From positions 29,016 to 93,015 of the forward strand of contig JACRKU010000013.1 in assembly GCA_016215205.1 (NCBI GenBank): DNA of 64,000 bases. The letters run 5' to 3'. A program made the position numbers and the translations under genes. The stretch is from Candidatus Yonathbacteria bacterium (GTDB lineage Bacteria; Patescibacteriota; Minisyncoccia; Phycocordibacterales; UBA1550). The notes under the pieces were generated by a model that searched no databases, had not been told where the DNA came from, and saw nothing but the letters and a program-made list of their open reading frames with translations. Below are positions 35,888 to 44,553 of this stretch, in pieces (the first letter of the stretch is position 1; each line of letters starts with the position of its first letter).

Positions 35888-37594
35888 ATGAAAGACCGTC
35901 GGCTTTACAATATATGGTTTTTAAACACAGGAGTGCTTTTGATAGCGCTCCTTTTAATTGCGAAGCTTGGATATATACAAATCGGCAAGGGGGAATTTTA
36001 TCGAAATCGCGCAGAGTCGCCCTATCTAGCCCTCCCTAACGGAACATTTGACAGAGGCACAATATTTTTTACAGAAAAAACAGGGCGAACTATTTCCGCC
36101 GCTACCGTAGTGCCCGACTACACGCTCGCCGTGGACCCTTCAAAGATTACAAATAAAGAAGCGCTCGCGGATAAATTGACGGCGCTCTTTTCTTTTGATC
36201 GGGCGGATTTGATTGCGCGAATGGGACGTGTGAACGACCAGTATGAAGAAGTCGCAAAGCATTTGTCCGAGAAAGAAATTGAAGGAATCAAATCACTCGC
36301 CGACAAAAGCACAATTTTACAAAAAGACAAAAAACGTTTTTATCCGGGGGGTCAGCTTGCGGCGCAAGTCCTCGGTTTCATCGGGTCAAACGGCTCTACA
36401 GTTACTGGCAGATACGGGCTTGAGCGATATTATAATGAGACATTGACTCGGTCCGGAAATAGCGAGTCATCTGGTTTCTTTGCCGATTTATTTTTGAAGC
36501 CCGGCGCGGCGATACTTTTTGACCGAGGACGCGAAGGGGATTTGGTGACGACCATTGAGCCGACCGTGCAGGGATTCCTCGAGCGAACTCTAGAGGATGA
36601 TATTCTAAAAAAATATAATGCCGCCGGCGCCGGCGGCATTATTATGAACCCAAAAACAGGCGAGATATTGGCAATGGCGACAGCGCCGGCATTCGACCCG
36701 AATAATTTTTCAAAAGAAAAAAACCAAAGTGTTTTCGCAAATTCGCTCGTGGACGGCGTATACGAAATGGGCTCCATTATAAAACCTCTCACGATAGCGG
36801 CAGGAATAGACGCGGGCGTAGTGACTGCAAACACAACTTATGATGACAAAGGATTTCGCACCATAAACACAAAGCGTATCGCGAATTACGATAGGAAAGC
36901 GCGCGGGGTAGTGCCCTTGCAGGAAGTTTTGAATCAGTCTCTCAACACCGGAACGATGTTTGTGGAAGACCGCCTCGGCAGAGATCGTTTCAGGGAATAT
37001 TTCAAAGCATACGGACTGGGAGAGGAGACGGGGATTGATTTGCCGAACGAAGGAGTTGGTAATTTGCGAAACCTTGAGAGTCCTCGCGATATTGAGTATG
37101 CAACCGCATCATTCGGGCAGGGTATTTCGATGACACCAATCGCGACCATTCGCGCGCTTGCGTCGCTTGCAAACGGCGGAGTTTTGGTAACTCCTCACGT
37201 GGTCAAGCGCACTGAATACGGTATCGGTCCTTCGCGTGATTTTGTGCCACCCTACGAACGCCGCGTTCTCAAAAAAGAAACATCGGAAGAAATTTCACGA
37301 ATGCTTACCGTGGTGGTCGACAAGGCGCTCATGGGCGGAATGCTCAAAATGGAACACTACAGTATTGCCGCAAAAACTGGTACCGCACAGCTCGTGGAAG
37401 ATGGCGCGTATTCAAAAACAGATTACCTTCACACGTTCTTCGGATACTTCCCTTCTCGTGATCCAAAATTTATTGTATTCATCGCGCTCAAAAATCCGCG
37501 CGGGGAAGCGTACGCATCACACACACTCTCCTCGCCGTTTATGCAAATCACGAAATTTTTGATAAACTACTATGAAATCCCGCCCGATCGTTAA
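35888..37594 (+). CDS. ftsI: Division PBP (FtsI/PBP3)
   Basis: RGTI, YEMGSIIK, SLN, AKTGTAQ; synteny. Confidence 0.92.
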   Translation: MKDRRLYNIWFLNTGVLLIALLLIAKLGYIQIGKGEFYRNRAESPYLALPNGTFDRGTIFFTEKTGRTISAATVVPDYTLAVDPSKITNKEALADKLTALFSFDRADLIARMGRVNDQYEEVAKHLSEKEIEGIKSLADKSTILQKDKKRFYPGGQLAAQVLGFIGSNGSTVTGRYGLERYYNETLTRSGNSESSGFFADLFLKPGAAILFDRGREGDLVTTIEPTVQGFLERTLEDDILKKYNAAGAGGIIMNPKTGEILAMATAPAFDPNNFSKEKNQSVFANSLVDGVYEMGSIIKPLTIAAGIDAGVVTANTTYDDKGFRTINTKRIANYDRKARGVVPLQEVLNQSLNTGTMFVEDRLGRDRFREYFKAYGLGEETGIDLPNEGVGNLRNLESPRDIEYATASFGQGISMTPIATIRALASLANGGVLVTPHVVKRTEYGIGPSRDFVPPYERRVLKKETSEEISRMLTVVVDKALMGGMLKMEHYSIAAKTGTAQLVEDGAYSKTDYLHTFFGYFPSRDPKFIVFIALKNPRGEAYASHTLSSPFMQITKFLINYYEIPPDR

Positions 37595-37601
37595 TTTAAC
37601 C

Positions 37602-38894
37602 ATGAAAGCACTTATACGGCATATTATTACGGTTATTCTTGAAGCAGAGGCGCGCCTCGTGCTTCGCAAGTATAGACCCAAAATTATCGCTGTGACGGGA
37701 AGCGTTGGAAAAACTTCAACAAAAGACGCGATTTTTGCGGTAGTGGGGGAGGCGTTGGTGGCGCGCAAAAGCATGAAGAGCTTTAACAGCGAGATTGGTC
37801 TCCCGCTTACTATTTTAGATTGCGAAAACGCGTGGTTGAATCCGCTCCTCTGGTTAAAAAATATTTTAAAAGGCCTCATGCTCATTGTTACGCGCGTTCA
37901 CTATCCGAAGTGGCTTGTGCTTGAAATCGGCGCGGGTAAACCGGATGATATCACGCGCGCAACGAAGCTCGCCGTGCCGGATATTGCCGTCATCACGCGT
38001 TTTGGCGATGTGCCGGTGCATGTGGAATTTTTCAAATCCCCCGCGGAACTTTTTGAAGAAAAAACGATATTGGTAAAGTCCCTCCGCCCCACAGGCGTCC
38101 TCATTGTGAATGCCGACGATGAGCGTGTGCTTGCACTTCGCGAAAAAACAAAAGCCAAGTCGATTACTTACGGATTGAATGCTGGCGCTATGTTTCGCGC
38201 ATCAAACATACAAACCGCTTACGAAGGAGACGCGCCAGTCGGCACGACATTCAAACTCGAATATGACGGTAATGTATTTCCAGTTGATATGCGCGGTGTT
38301 TTGGGTGTTCAGCCGGTGTACAGCGCGCTTGCCGCAATAGCGACCGGCGTATATTTGAAACTCAATGTGGTGGATATTATCGGGCGACTTTCTTCGTACA
38401 CGAGCCCGCCTGGGCGAATGAGAGTAACTCCCGGACTAAAAGGTTCAACAATTATCGATGACACCTATAATGCGTCTCCGGTAGCATCTGAAGCCGCGGT
38501 AGAGACACTTAAGAATATAAACACAAAAGGTAAACGCATTGCGGTACTCGGCGATATGCTTGAGCTCGGAAAGTTTACTGTCGAAGAACACAAAAAAATC
38601 GGCAAGCTTGTCGGAAATTTTGCGGATTTCTTGGTAGCTGTTGGACCGCGCGCAAAGTACATTGTGGATGGCGCGCTCGATTCCGATATGAGCGAAAAAA
38701 ATATCATTGAATTTGATGATTCGCGTTTGGCGGGAAAGTACCTCGAAAGTATCATCGGCGCCGGGGATGTCGTTCTCATAAAAGGTTCACAGGGCGTGCG
38801 TATGGAGCGCGCCGTAGAAGAAATAATGGCAGAGCCCGAACGCGCCGCAGAGCTACTTGTTCGACAGGAAGAAGAGTGGAAGGCAAAAATCTAG
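37602..38894 (+). CDS. murF: UDP-MurNAc-tripeptide D-Ala-D-Ala ligase
   Basis: VTGSVGKTSTK, NSEIGLPLT, DDTYNASP, LGDMLELG, KGSQ. Confidence 0.95.
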   Translation: MKALIRHIITVILEAEARLVLRKYRPKIIAVTGSVGKTSTKDAIFAVVGEALVARKSMKSFNSEIGLPLTILDCENAWLNPLLWLKNILKGLMLIVTRVHYPKWLVLEIGAGKPDDITRATKLAVPDIAVITRFGDVPVHVEFFKSPAELFEEKTILVKSLRPTGVLIVNADDERVLALREKTKAKSITYGLNAGAMFRASNIQTAYEGDAPVGTTFKLEYDGNVFPVDMRGVLGVQPVYSALAAIATGVYLKLNVVDIIGRLSSYTSPPGRMRVTPGLKGSTIIDDTYNASPVASEAAVETLKNINTKGKRIAVLGDMLELGKFTVEEHKKIGKLVGNFADFLVAVGPRAKYIVDGALDSDMSEKNIIEFDDSRLAGKYLESIIGAGDVVLIKGSQGVRMERAVEEIMAEPERAAELLVRQEEEWKAKI

Positions 38895-38947
38895 TGAGTC
38901 TAGATTTCTGTAGAAAATAGTGTTATAGTAATGGACGTTTGAAACGA

Positions 38948-39019
38948 GGCCCTATCGTCTATCGGTTAGGACATATCCTTCTCAAGGATAGAAGCGCGGT
39001 TCGATTCCGCGTAGGGTCA
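38948..39019 (+). tRNA. tRNA-Glu (CTC), no encoded CCA
   Basis: Acceptor GGCCCTA/TAGGGTC, anticodon arm TATCC-TTCTCAA-GGATA, T arm CGCGG-TTCGATT-CCGCG. Confidence 0.96.
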
Positions 39020-39400
39020 CAAAGCGTTAAGAAAAAGTGAATTGCTTCACTTTTTTAGCTTTGTGAAGGCGCAGTGATGTTTTCTCTGCTCCCCGCAGAG
39101 AAAACCACGAGCCGGGGTCGCGAGCACTTAATAGATTGCGAGCAAAGCGAAGCAATATATTTAGTGACTTGTGACCACGCAGATTTTGCCGAACCTTGTT
39201 CGTCTGTAAAGTGTGGTAAAATACTTAGTAACCCGTGAACGATTCCCCGTAGGGTCACATTTAGAAACTTCAGCAGGTGTGAACGAAAAAATGACGCGCG
39301 CCGCAGGCGGAGCCCGATTTTGAGCTCACTTCCGACCAAGTTTCTGAATGTGAAGGCGGAGCGATGTTTTTGTTTCCATCTGAAACAAAAACCGCGAACA
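39020..39400 (+). mobile_element. Tandem structured non-coding elements at the tRNA-Glu 3' end (one complete, one partial)
   Basis: tRNA 3' end repeated at 39240-39258; conserved hairpins shared with the element at topA. Confidence 0.65.
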
Positions 39401-39529
39401 GGATTGACCGAGCTTCGCTCGTCGATGTACCCAAAACGGCAATGGTAAAGCTCTGTAAAAACAAGTTTATTTGTGGTATGGTGGGAATTGGATAGTCATT
39501 TCAAATGTTTGTAAGGAAAGGAGGATAAT

Positions 39530-39895
39530 GTGAATTATGAAAAGTCGGAAAAAGTGACGAGGTGGTTCGTGGAGCCGCGTAATGCGGCTACCAATGAAAA
39601 TGCGATGATGGCTCTCGTAGGGTTGTGCAATGCGACCGAAGACAAGATTTATCGCGGTAAAGCGGACAACAAAGGTATGATGCATGATGTGGTAGAGGTT
39701 GATCGTCCTTTTGTCGCGCTCATGGAACGCAATATTGCAAACCATAAACATCTCTTTCGCGTGTTCACGCAGACAGAGGGCGAGAGCGCGATGAAACTGT
39801 GGCCTTTCAGCAACAGAAAGAAACTCCACCGCACGAAAGAAGTACGACGCGTCACGCAAGTTCTCGAAAGGCGTCCTACGCGTCCCAAAAAATGA
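39530..39895 (+). CDS. Hypothetical basic protein
   Basis: GTG start with AAGGAGG SD; terminator AAAACGCC..GGCGTTTT downstream. Confidence 0.65.
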   Translation: MNYEKSEKVTRWFVEPRNAATNENAMMALVGLCNATEDKIYRGKADNKGMMHDVVEVDRPFVALMERNIANHKHLFRVFTQTEGESAMKLWPFSNRKKLHRTKEVRRVTQVLERRPTRPKK

Positions 39896-39973
39896 AAACA
39901 CAAAAAACTCAAAACGCCCATGCTTCGCATTGGCGTTTTTTTTGCGCCCGTGCCTCAAGTGATGTAAAATGTA

Positions 39974-40686
39974 ATGAATATGACGATACTCAAAAAAGAT
40001 ACATTGCGCAAAGTGGCGATATTCGATATAGACGGCACTATTTTCCGTTCGAGTTTGCTTATTGAGCTTGTTGAGGTTTTGATTGAGCTTGGGCTTTTCC
40101 ACACCAAAGTGCGCGCAGAATACGAGCGTGAAAAAGTGCGATGGCTCGACCGCAAAGGTGACTACGAGGCATACATCATGGCGGTCGTCGGAGTTTTTTG
40201 AAAAATATAAAAGGAATGCCGTACAGTGAGTTTTTGCGCGCATCCGAGCTAGTGGTTGCGCGCTATCGTCATCGCACATACATATTCACAGAGGATCTCA
40301 TCAGGAACTTAAAAAAGGAGGGATATTTCCTTCTCGCCATTTCGCAGTCGCCAAAGGGAACCCTCGATTTGTTTTGCAAAGAAATCGGTTTTGATAAAAC
40401 ATACGGCCGGCTTTATGAGACCGGTCCGACAGAATGTTTTACGGGGAATATTATGGATGAGCATTTGATTGCGAACAAAGCGGCTATCGTGCGCCGAGCT
40501 ATTGAAAAAGATGGGCTCACTCTTGATGGTTCGGTTGGCGTGGGGGACACCGAGGGTGATATTTCATTTCTTGAACTTGTTGACCGGCCGATTTGTTTCA
40601 ATCCAAATTTGAAACTTTACCGCCATGCAAAGAGAATGAATTGGGAAACGGTGGTCGAGAGGAAGGACGTGATTTATGAACTGTAA
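39974..40686 (+). pseudogene. HAD-IB (SerB-like) hydrolase interrupted by a frameshift in a T6 run
   Basis: Motif I FDIDGT in 39974-40201; ISQS, K and GDTEGD..FNP in 40198-40686; one extra T at 40194-99 joins them. Confidence 0.85.
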
Positions 40687-40689
40687 AAA

Positions 40690-41604
40690 TTATTTCAATA
40701 GAGATGAAATAGGAACTTCAAGTGCGGCAAACGCCGAGTTTTTTGATACTCTGCCATCTTTGCGAATAAGGAAATAGGGGAGGCCGCGCTTTTCCAATCG
40801 CGCAATCGCTTCAGTTTCTGAAAGCAAAATTGCAAGAGAAGCCTCTGTGTCCGCTTCTTCGCATGTGTTTGCAATGACTGTCGCGCTCGCAAACCCCGTA
40901 GACGGTTTGCCTGTTCGCATATCAACGAGATGGTGCCACTCTCGACCCTTGTTTGCGCCTTTTGTTTGGTAAGTGCCTGATGTCGCCATCCCGCCGTTTT
41001 GGATTGTTACTGCCGCTACTATGGCGTCTGGATTACGCGGATCTTCTATTGCGATGTTCCACGGCGCGTCGTTTTCGTACATGCCACGGGTGATTATATC
41101 CCCTCCCGCATTTATCAAAAATCCGGGAACTTTGATGAGCGACTTCCCCGCCTCGTCTATTGCCATCCCTTTTACAATACTTGCTGGTTCAAGGACTTGC
41201 GCGGGAGCGAGGCGGACGGAAAGCTCGCGGTCGTTAAACTCAATGTTACGGTATGTTAGGGGAGGTGATGGCGGTGTAAAATTACTAGGAAGGCCGTAAT
41301 CATACGATGCGAGTACGCCGCCGACTGACGGGTCAAATGCGCCGCGGGTTTCTTCCGCGAGCGCGACACACTTTTTTAATACTTGAAACATAGGAAGGCT
41401 TGCCGTGAACCATTGACCGCCCGCAGTGTTTAATTTGTGAAGCTCGCTTGTTTCATTGAAACGACTGAAACGTTTATCATACTCATGAAAAATATTTTCC
41501 GCTTCGGAAACATATTTTCTTGCTTCTGATTTTTTTATTCCGACAAGCGTAATATGCACCGGAATACCCATTGAGTGAAATACATGATGAATTGTTTCAG
41601 TCAT
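40690..41604 (-). CDS. apbE: FAD:protein FMN transferase ApbE
   Basis: MG, FS.F...SEL..LN, GAFDPS, SIVKG.A.D, NAGGD, ATSG, HHLVD..TG. Confidence 0.93.
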   Translation of the reverse strand: MTETIHHVFHSMGIPVHITLVGIKKSEARKYVSEAENIFHEYDKRFSRFNETSELHKLNTAGGQWFTASLPMFQVLKKCVALAEETRGAFDPSVGGVLASYDYGLPSNFTPPSPPLTYRNIEFNDRELSVRLAPAQVLEPASIVKGMAIDEAGKSLIKVPGFLINAGGDIITRGMYENDAPWNIAIEDPRNPDAIVAAVTIQNGGMATSGTYQTKGANKGREWHHLVDMRTGKPSTGFASATVIANTCEEADTEASLAILLSETEAIARLEKRGLPYFLIRKDGRVSKNSAFAALEVPISSLLK

Positions 41605-41605
41605 A

Positions 41606-42193
41606 CTAATCGTCCCATTCGTCGTCGTCACCACGATATTTGCGCGGCACAGAAGGTTTGCTTGCGGGGAATCTAGTCGCAGAAGAGTTTGTGACAGCAT
41701 CGGTAGAAGAAATAATACTTTGCCCCCTTGCGCTTGCCTTCACAATAGCGTCTTCAAGCGATGACTTGAACGCAATACTTGTGTATGTTGCTCCCGATAC
41801 GCCCTGAATGTTTGCCGAGCCATTTTTCAGCGCTTGTTGTACGAGGTACGGTTCTGCGTACTGCGAGGGAGGAGAGTTTGGAACCTGTGGCATCGTAACA
41901 TCCGTAATTTTGCCATTGATTACGCTGATTGACGCCACCACATTTCCCCACGGTGTTTGGTATGTTCTGCCGGTGAATGTGCTGGCGACCATCGTCCCCT
42001 GTGTGGTTGTCGGTGTGACGGAAATAATTGGCTTTTTTGCGGTTGTGGGTTCTTGCCCCGGAGCTGGAGTTACGGACAAAGTTTCGCTCTTTGATCGAGT
42101 TGCTCCGATGATAACGAGAACAACAGATGTCGCCGTGAAAGAAAAGACCAGAAATCTCTGTAAGTTTTTTTGGAATGGAGACATAATCATCAA
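41606..42193 (-). CDS. Membrane-anchored FMN-binding (flavinylated) protein
   Basis: N-terminal TM, Thr/Pro linker, T.WG.V...I....I, flavinylation motif VSGATYTS. Confidence 0.9.
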   Translation of the reverse strand: MMIMSPFQKNLQRFLVFSFTATSVVLVIIGATRSKSETLSVTPAPGQEPTTAKKPIISVTPTTTQGTMVASTFTGRTYQTPWGNVVASISVINGKITDVTMPQVPNSPPSQYAEPYLVQQALKNGSANIQGVSGATYTSIAFKSSLEDAIVKASARGQSIISSTDAVTNSSATRFPASKPSVPRKYRGDDDEWDD

Positions 42194-42664
42194 TTATACA
42201 ACTTCAAAAAGCTCGCGCACTTTCGAGCGGACGAAAAACCACCATCCGAGCAGGAGCACCACTTCACCAACATAGAGCAGAAGAAGCGCAAGCGCAAAAT
42301 TTTGAACCTCGTGCTTTATCGACTCCTCTAATTTCACAAGAACGTAATTATTGCTTCCGTTTGCGTACGCGAGATACTTTTTTTCCGCAATTTTTGTCTC
42401 ATAAAAACCGACACGCTCCACTTTAGTCACATGAAAAGAAAGAATATCGTCAGGCAGAGCAATTGTTTGCTCTGTTTTGGGAGTTGTTTGCGCGGGTAAC
42501 TTTTCCGAAAGTGTCGCAAGCTCGTTTTTGAGCTCATTTGTTTCAAACCACTTGAGTGCGCCCAGAGTTATCGCATTTAAAGCGAAGAGAGCCACTAACA
42601 CCAAGATGCCGTAGTTTCGCACCGCCCCAAGTCCTCTATATAATGCTAATTCTGTTGATTCCAT
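42194..42664 (-). CDS. Two-TM membrane protein with small extracytoplasmic domain
   Basis: TM-loop-TM; stop abuts the next start; TATAAT 7 nt upstream on the - strand. Confidence 0.75.
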   Translation of the reverse strand: MESTELALYRGLGAVRNYGILVLVALFALNAITLGALKWFETNELKNELATLSEKLPAQTTPKTEQTIALPDDILSFHVTKVERVGFYETKIAEKKYLAYANGSNNYVLVKLEESIKHEVQNFALALLLLYVGEVVLLLGWWFFVRSKVRELFEVV

Positions 42665-42850
42665 ACTTTTTTATTATACCCCTGCATTTAAAGAAAACCA
42701 AGCTATTTTTTCTGCGCTCTTTGTCAGCGCACTCAACCTTAGAGCGAGCCGCTTCCTTTTTCAGTGCCTTGCGCAGCGCGGCGGCGCGAGCAGAGCAAAT
42801 TTTTAGCAAAAAATTATGCGTGCAATGAAAAAGTAAGCGGCGAGCGGCCT

Positions 42851-43573
42851 TTATCCGAATTTTTGCACGAATATCTGATTTTTTGGAACACCAATACCCT
42901 TGAGCGCGCCAAGGACGCCAAAGGTCATTGCTGGGATGCCGCAAATATACACATCGCTTTTACCTAAAAATTCTTCTTTGCCATTGACTTGGTCTGTCAC
43001 ATATCCTCGCGCGCCGCTCCACGATGCGTCAGCATCGGATACGCATGGTACAAAAGTGAAGCTTGGGTGCTTGCGGGAGAGTTCCTCAAACTCCTTCTTG
43101 AATGCGATATCCGACTCTTTTGGCGAGCCGAGAAGAAGAACAGAGTTTACATTTTCCTTGATTGCCTCCTCTATCATACGACGGAACGGCGCAACACCCG
43201 TGGATGTTGCAAAGAATACTTTTGCGCGGCCTGTGCCATAGTGATAAGGAAAATCATCAAATGGGCCATAGCAAGTGACCTTGTCGCCGACGACTGCGTC
43301 GCGGAAAAAACGCGCGCCTGCGCCGCCTCCAGAAAAACTCACAAGAATAGTGAATGTTCGCGTATCTGCGGTGGCAACTGAATATGCGCGGGGGATACAC
43401 CCCCATGCAATTGTTTGTATGTAGCAACCAATATGGAATGGTTCGGCGATTTGGGAGGGGAGCGCAATGGTGACTTTTTGAATGCGCGTGCCAATACGCT
43501 CGGATGCTACGATGGTCCCTTCAAAATGTGTGGCCTCCGTGAACCAGTATTTAATTATTTTAAAAAAAGACAT
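42851..43573 (-). CDS. FAD/NAD(P)H-binding ferredoxin-reductase-family oxidoreductase
   Basis: RAYSVA, G.G, GP, ATSTGVAPF, YICG.P.M, C-terminal F. Confidence 0.9.
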   Translation of the reverse strand: MSFFKIIKYWFTEATHFEGTIVASERIGTRIQKVTIALPSQIAEPFHIGCYIQTIAWGCIPRAYSVATADTRTFTILVSFSGGGAGARFFRDAVVGDKVTCYGPFDDFPYHYGTGRAKVFFATSTGVAPFRRMIEEAIKENVNSVLLLGSPKESDIAFKKEFEELSRKHPSFTFVPCVSDADASWSGARGYVTDQVNGKEEFLGKSDVYICGIPAMTFGVLGALKGIGVPKNQIFVQKFG

Positions 43574-43802
43574 AGAAAACAGAAGAAAACAGGGCGAGGA
43601 TGAAATGAATACCAAGAATCCCCAGACAGAGCCACCCAAACCAATGATGGAGCGGGGTAAGCGGAATCTGAAGTTTCATGAAAATATTGTAATTGTATTG
43701 CTTCACGAGCGCGGAGATGATAAGGAGCAGAAAAAAGAACCCGCCAACCATTCCCGTCCACCACACAAGTCCATGCCCTGCAAAAATAGTCATTGATGTC
43801 AT
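43560..43802 (-). CDS. Two-TM protein with paired His (mini cytochrome b / ferric-reductase-like)
   Basis: WTG in TM1; LHHWFG-x-IHF with His about 13-14 residues apart in TM2; overlaps FNR start. Confidence 0.65.
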   Translation of the reverse strand: MTSMTIFAGHGLVWWTGMVGGFFFLLLIISALVKQYNYNIFMKLQIPLTPLHHWFGWLCLGILGIHFILALFSSVFYVFF

Positions 43803-43907
43803 ATATTTTTCATTTTAGCATCTACTGACTTTGTATGGAATAGCCCTGTTGCTTTTTTCATGTAATTGTGGTACGGTAAAAATGGAAATCACATACGGAG
43901 GTACTCT

Positions 43908-44015
43908 ATGTTTAAGAAACTCTGGAAGACTCTTGTGGCGGTACTCCGAGCGATTGTGTCACCGGGGGAATTCCCGGAATTGATCGGACAAGACAAACAG
44001 GAACGTAAGCGCTAA
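43908..44015 (+). CDS. 35-aa amphipathic peptide (absent from ORF track)
   Basis: MFKKLWKTLVAVLRAIVSPGEFPELIGQDKQERKR*; GGAGGT SD. Confidence 0.6.
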   Translation: MFKKLWKTLVAVLRAIVSPGEFPELIGQDKQERKR

Positions 44016-44036
44016 AAACAGTCTAAGCAAAAAGAA

Positions 44037-44070
44037 AAATGCCCAGCCACTCTAGAGTGGTTGGGCATTT
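44037..44070. terminator. Bidirectional terminator
   Basis: AAATGCCCAGCCACTC-ta-GAGTGGTTGGGCATTT between convergent small genes. Confidence 0.75.
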
Positions 44071-44086
44071 GTTTTGAGTGTGGCAA

Positions 44087-44383
44087 TCAACGGTCGTCTT
44101 CGGGAATCCCCACGACGAGAGATGCTTCGCTCTTTGCGGCGTCTTCTAGTACTTTGCCTCTCCGGTTTTTAGGGAATAAGTTCAATTGTTTCGCTGTACT
44201 ACTTTTCTTCCGCTCTCGCCGCTTCCTTTTGCCGAGAATGCTACCGACTTCGCGGCGAGTTGTCGCCCAGTCGAAATTTTTGTAGTTCTGCATTACTTTG
44301 GCGAATGCGGCATCGAATCCCATTTCTTGCTTTCGCATGACATACGAAACTTCATTTGCCACATCATCGTAGACTGAATCCAC
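44087..44383 (-). CDS. Hypothetical 98-aa basic protein
   Basis: GTG start with GGAGGT SD on the - strand. Confidence 0.65.
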   Translation of the reverse strand: MDSVYDDVANEVSYVMRKQEMGFDAAFAKVMQNYKNFDWATTRREVGSILGKRKRRERKKSSTAKQLNLFPKNRRGKVLEDAAKSEASLVVGIPEDDR

Positions 44384-44553
44384 AGGTCAACCTCCGTTTG
44401 TAAAGTTCAACTATGACAATTATACCATATTTACAATAAAGTGCAAGCTCCGAAGGTTTGCACAAAATATCCACAGAATTAAGCACTTTTTGGGAATTTT
44501 CAAGTTTGCGAAGACGCACATGTGTGATAAACTGAGAGGATAATTTCCCCATC

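Noticed and set aside
39002-39400. CRISPR array or integron attC cassettes
   Set aside because: Only two repeat units, which are tRNA ends; no cas or intI; no RYYYAAC/GTTRRRY core sites.
40199-40201. TGA inside the HAD gene as evidence for genetic code 25 (TGA=Gly)
   Set aside because: The downstream half is in a different frame, and TGA ends intact genes such as smc and the carboxypeptidase.
44384-44553. oriC or parS near parB
   Set aside because: Only one imperfect DnaA-like box (ATATCCACA), no parS palindrome, and no dnaA or parA nearby.
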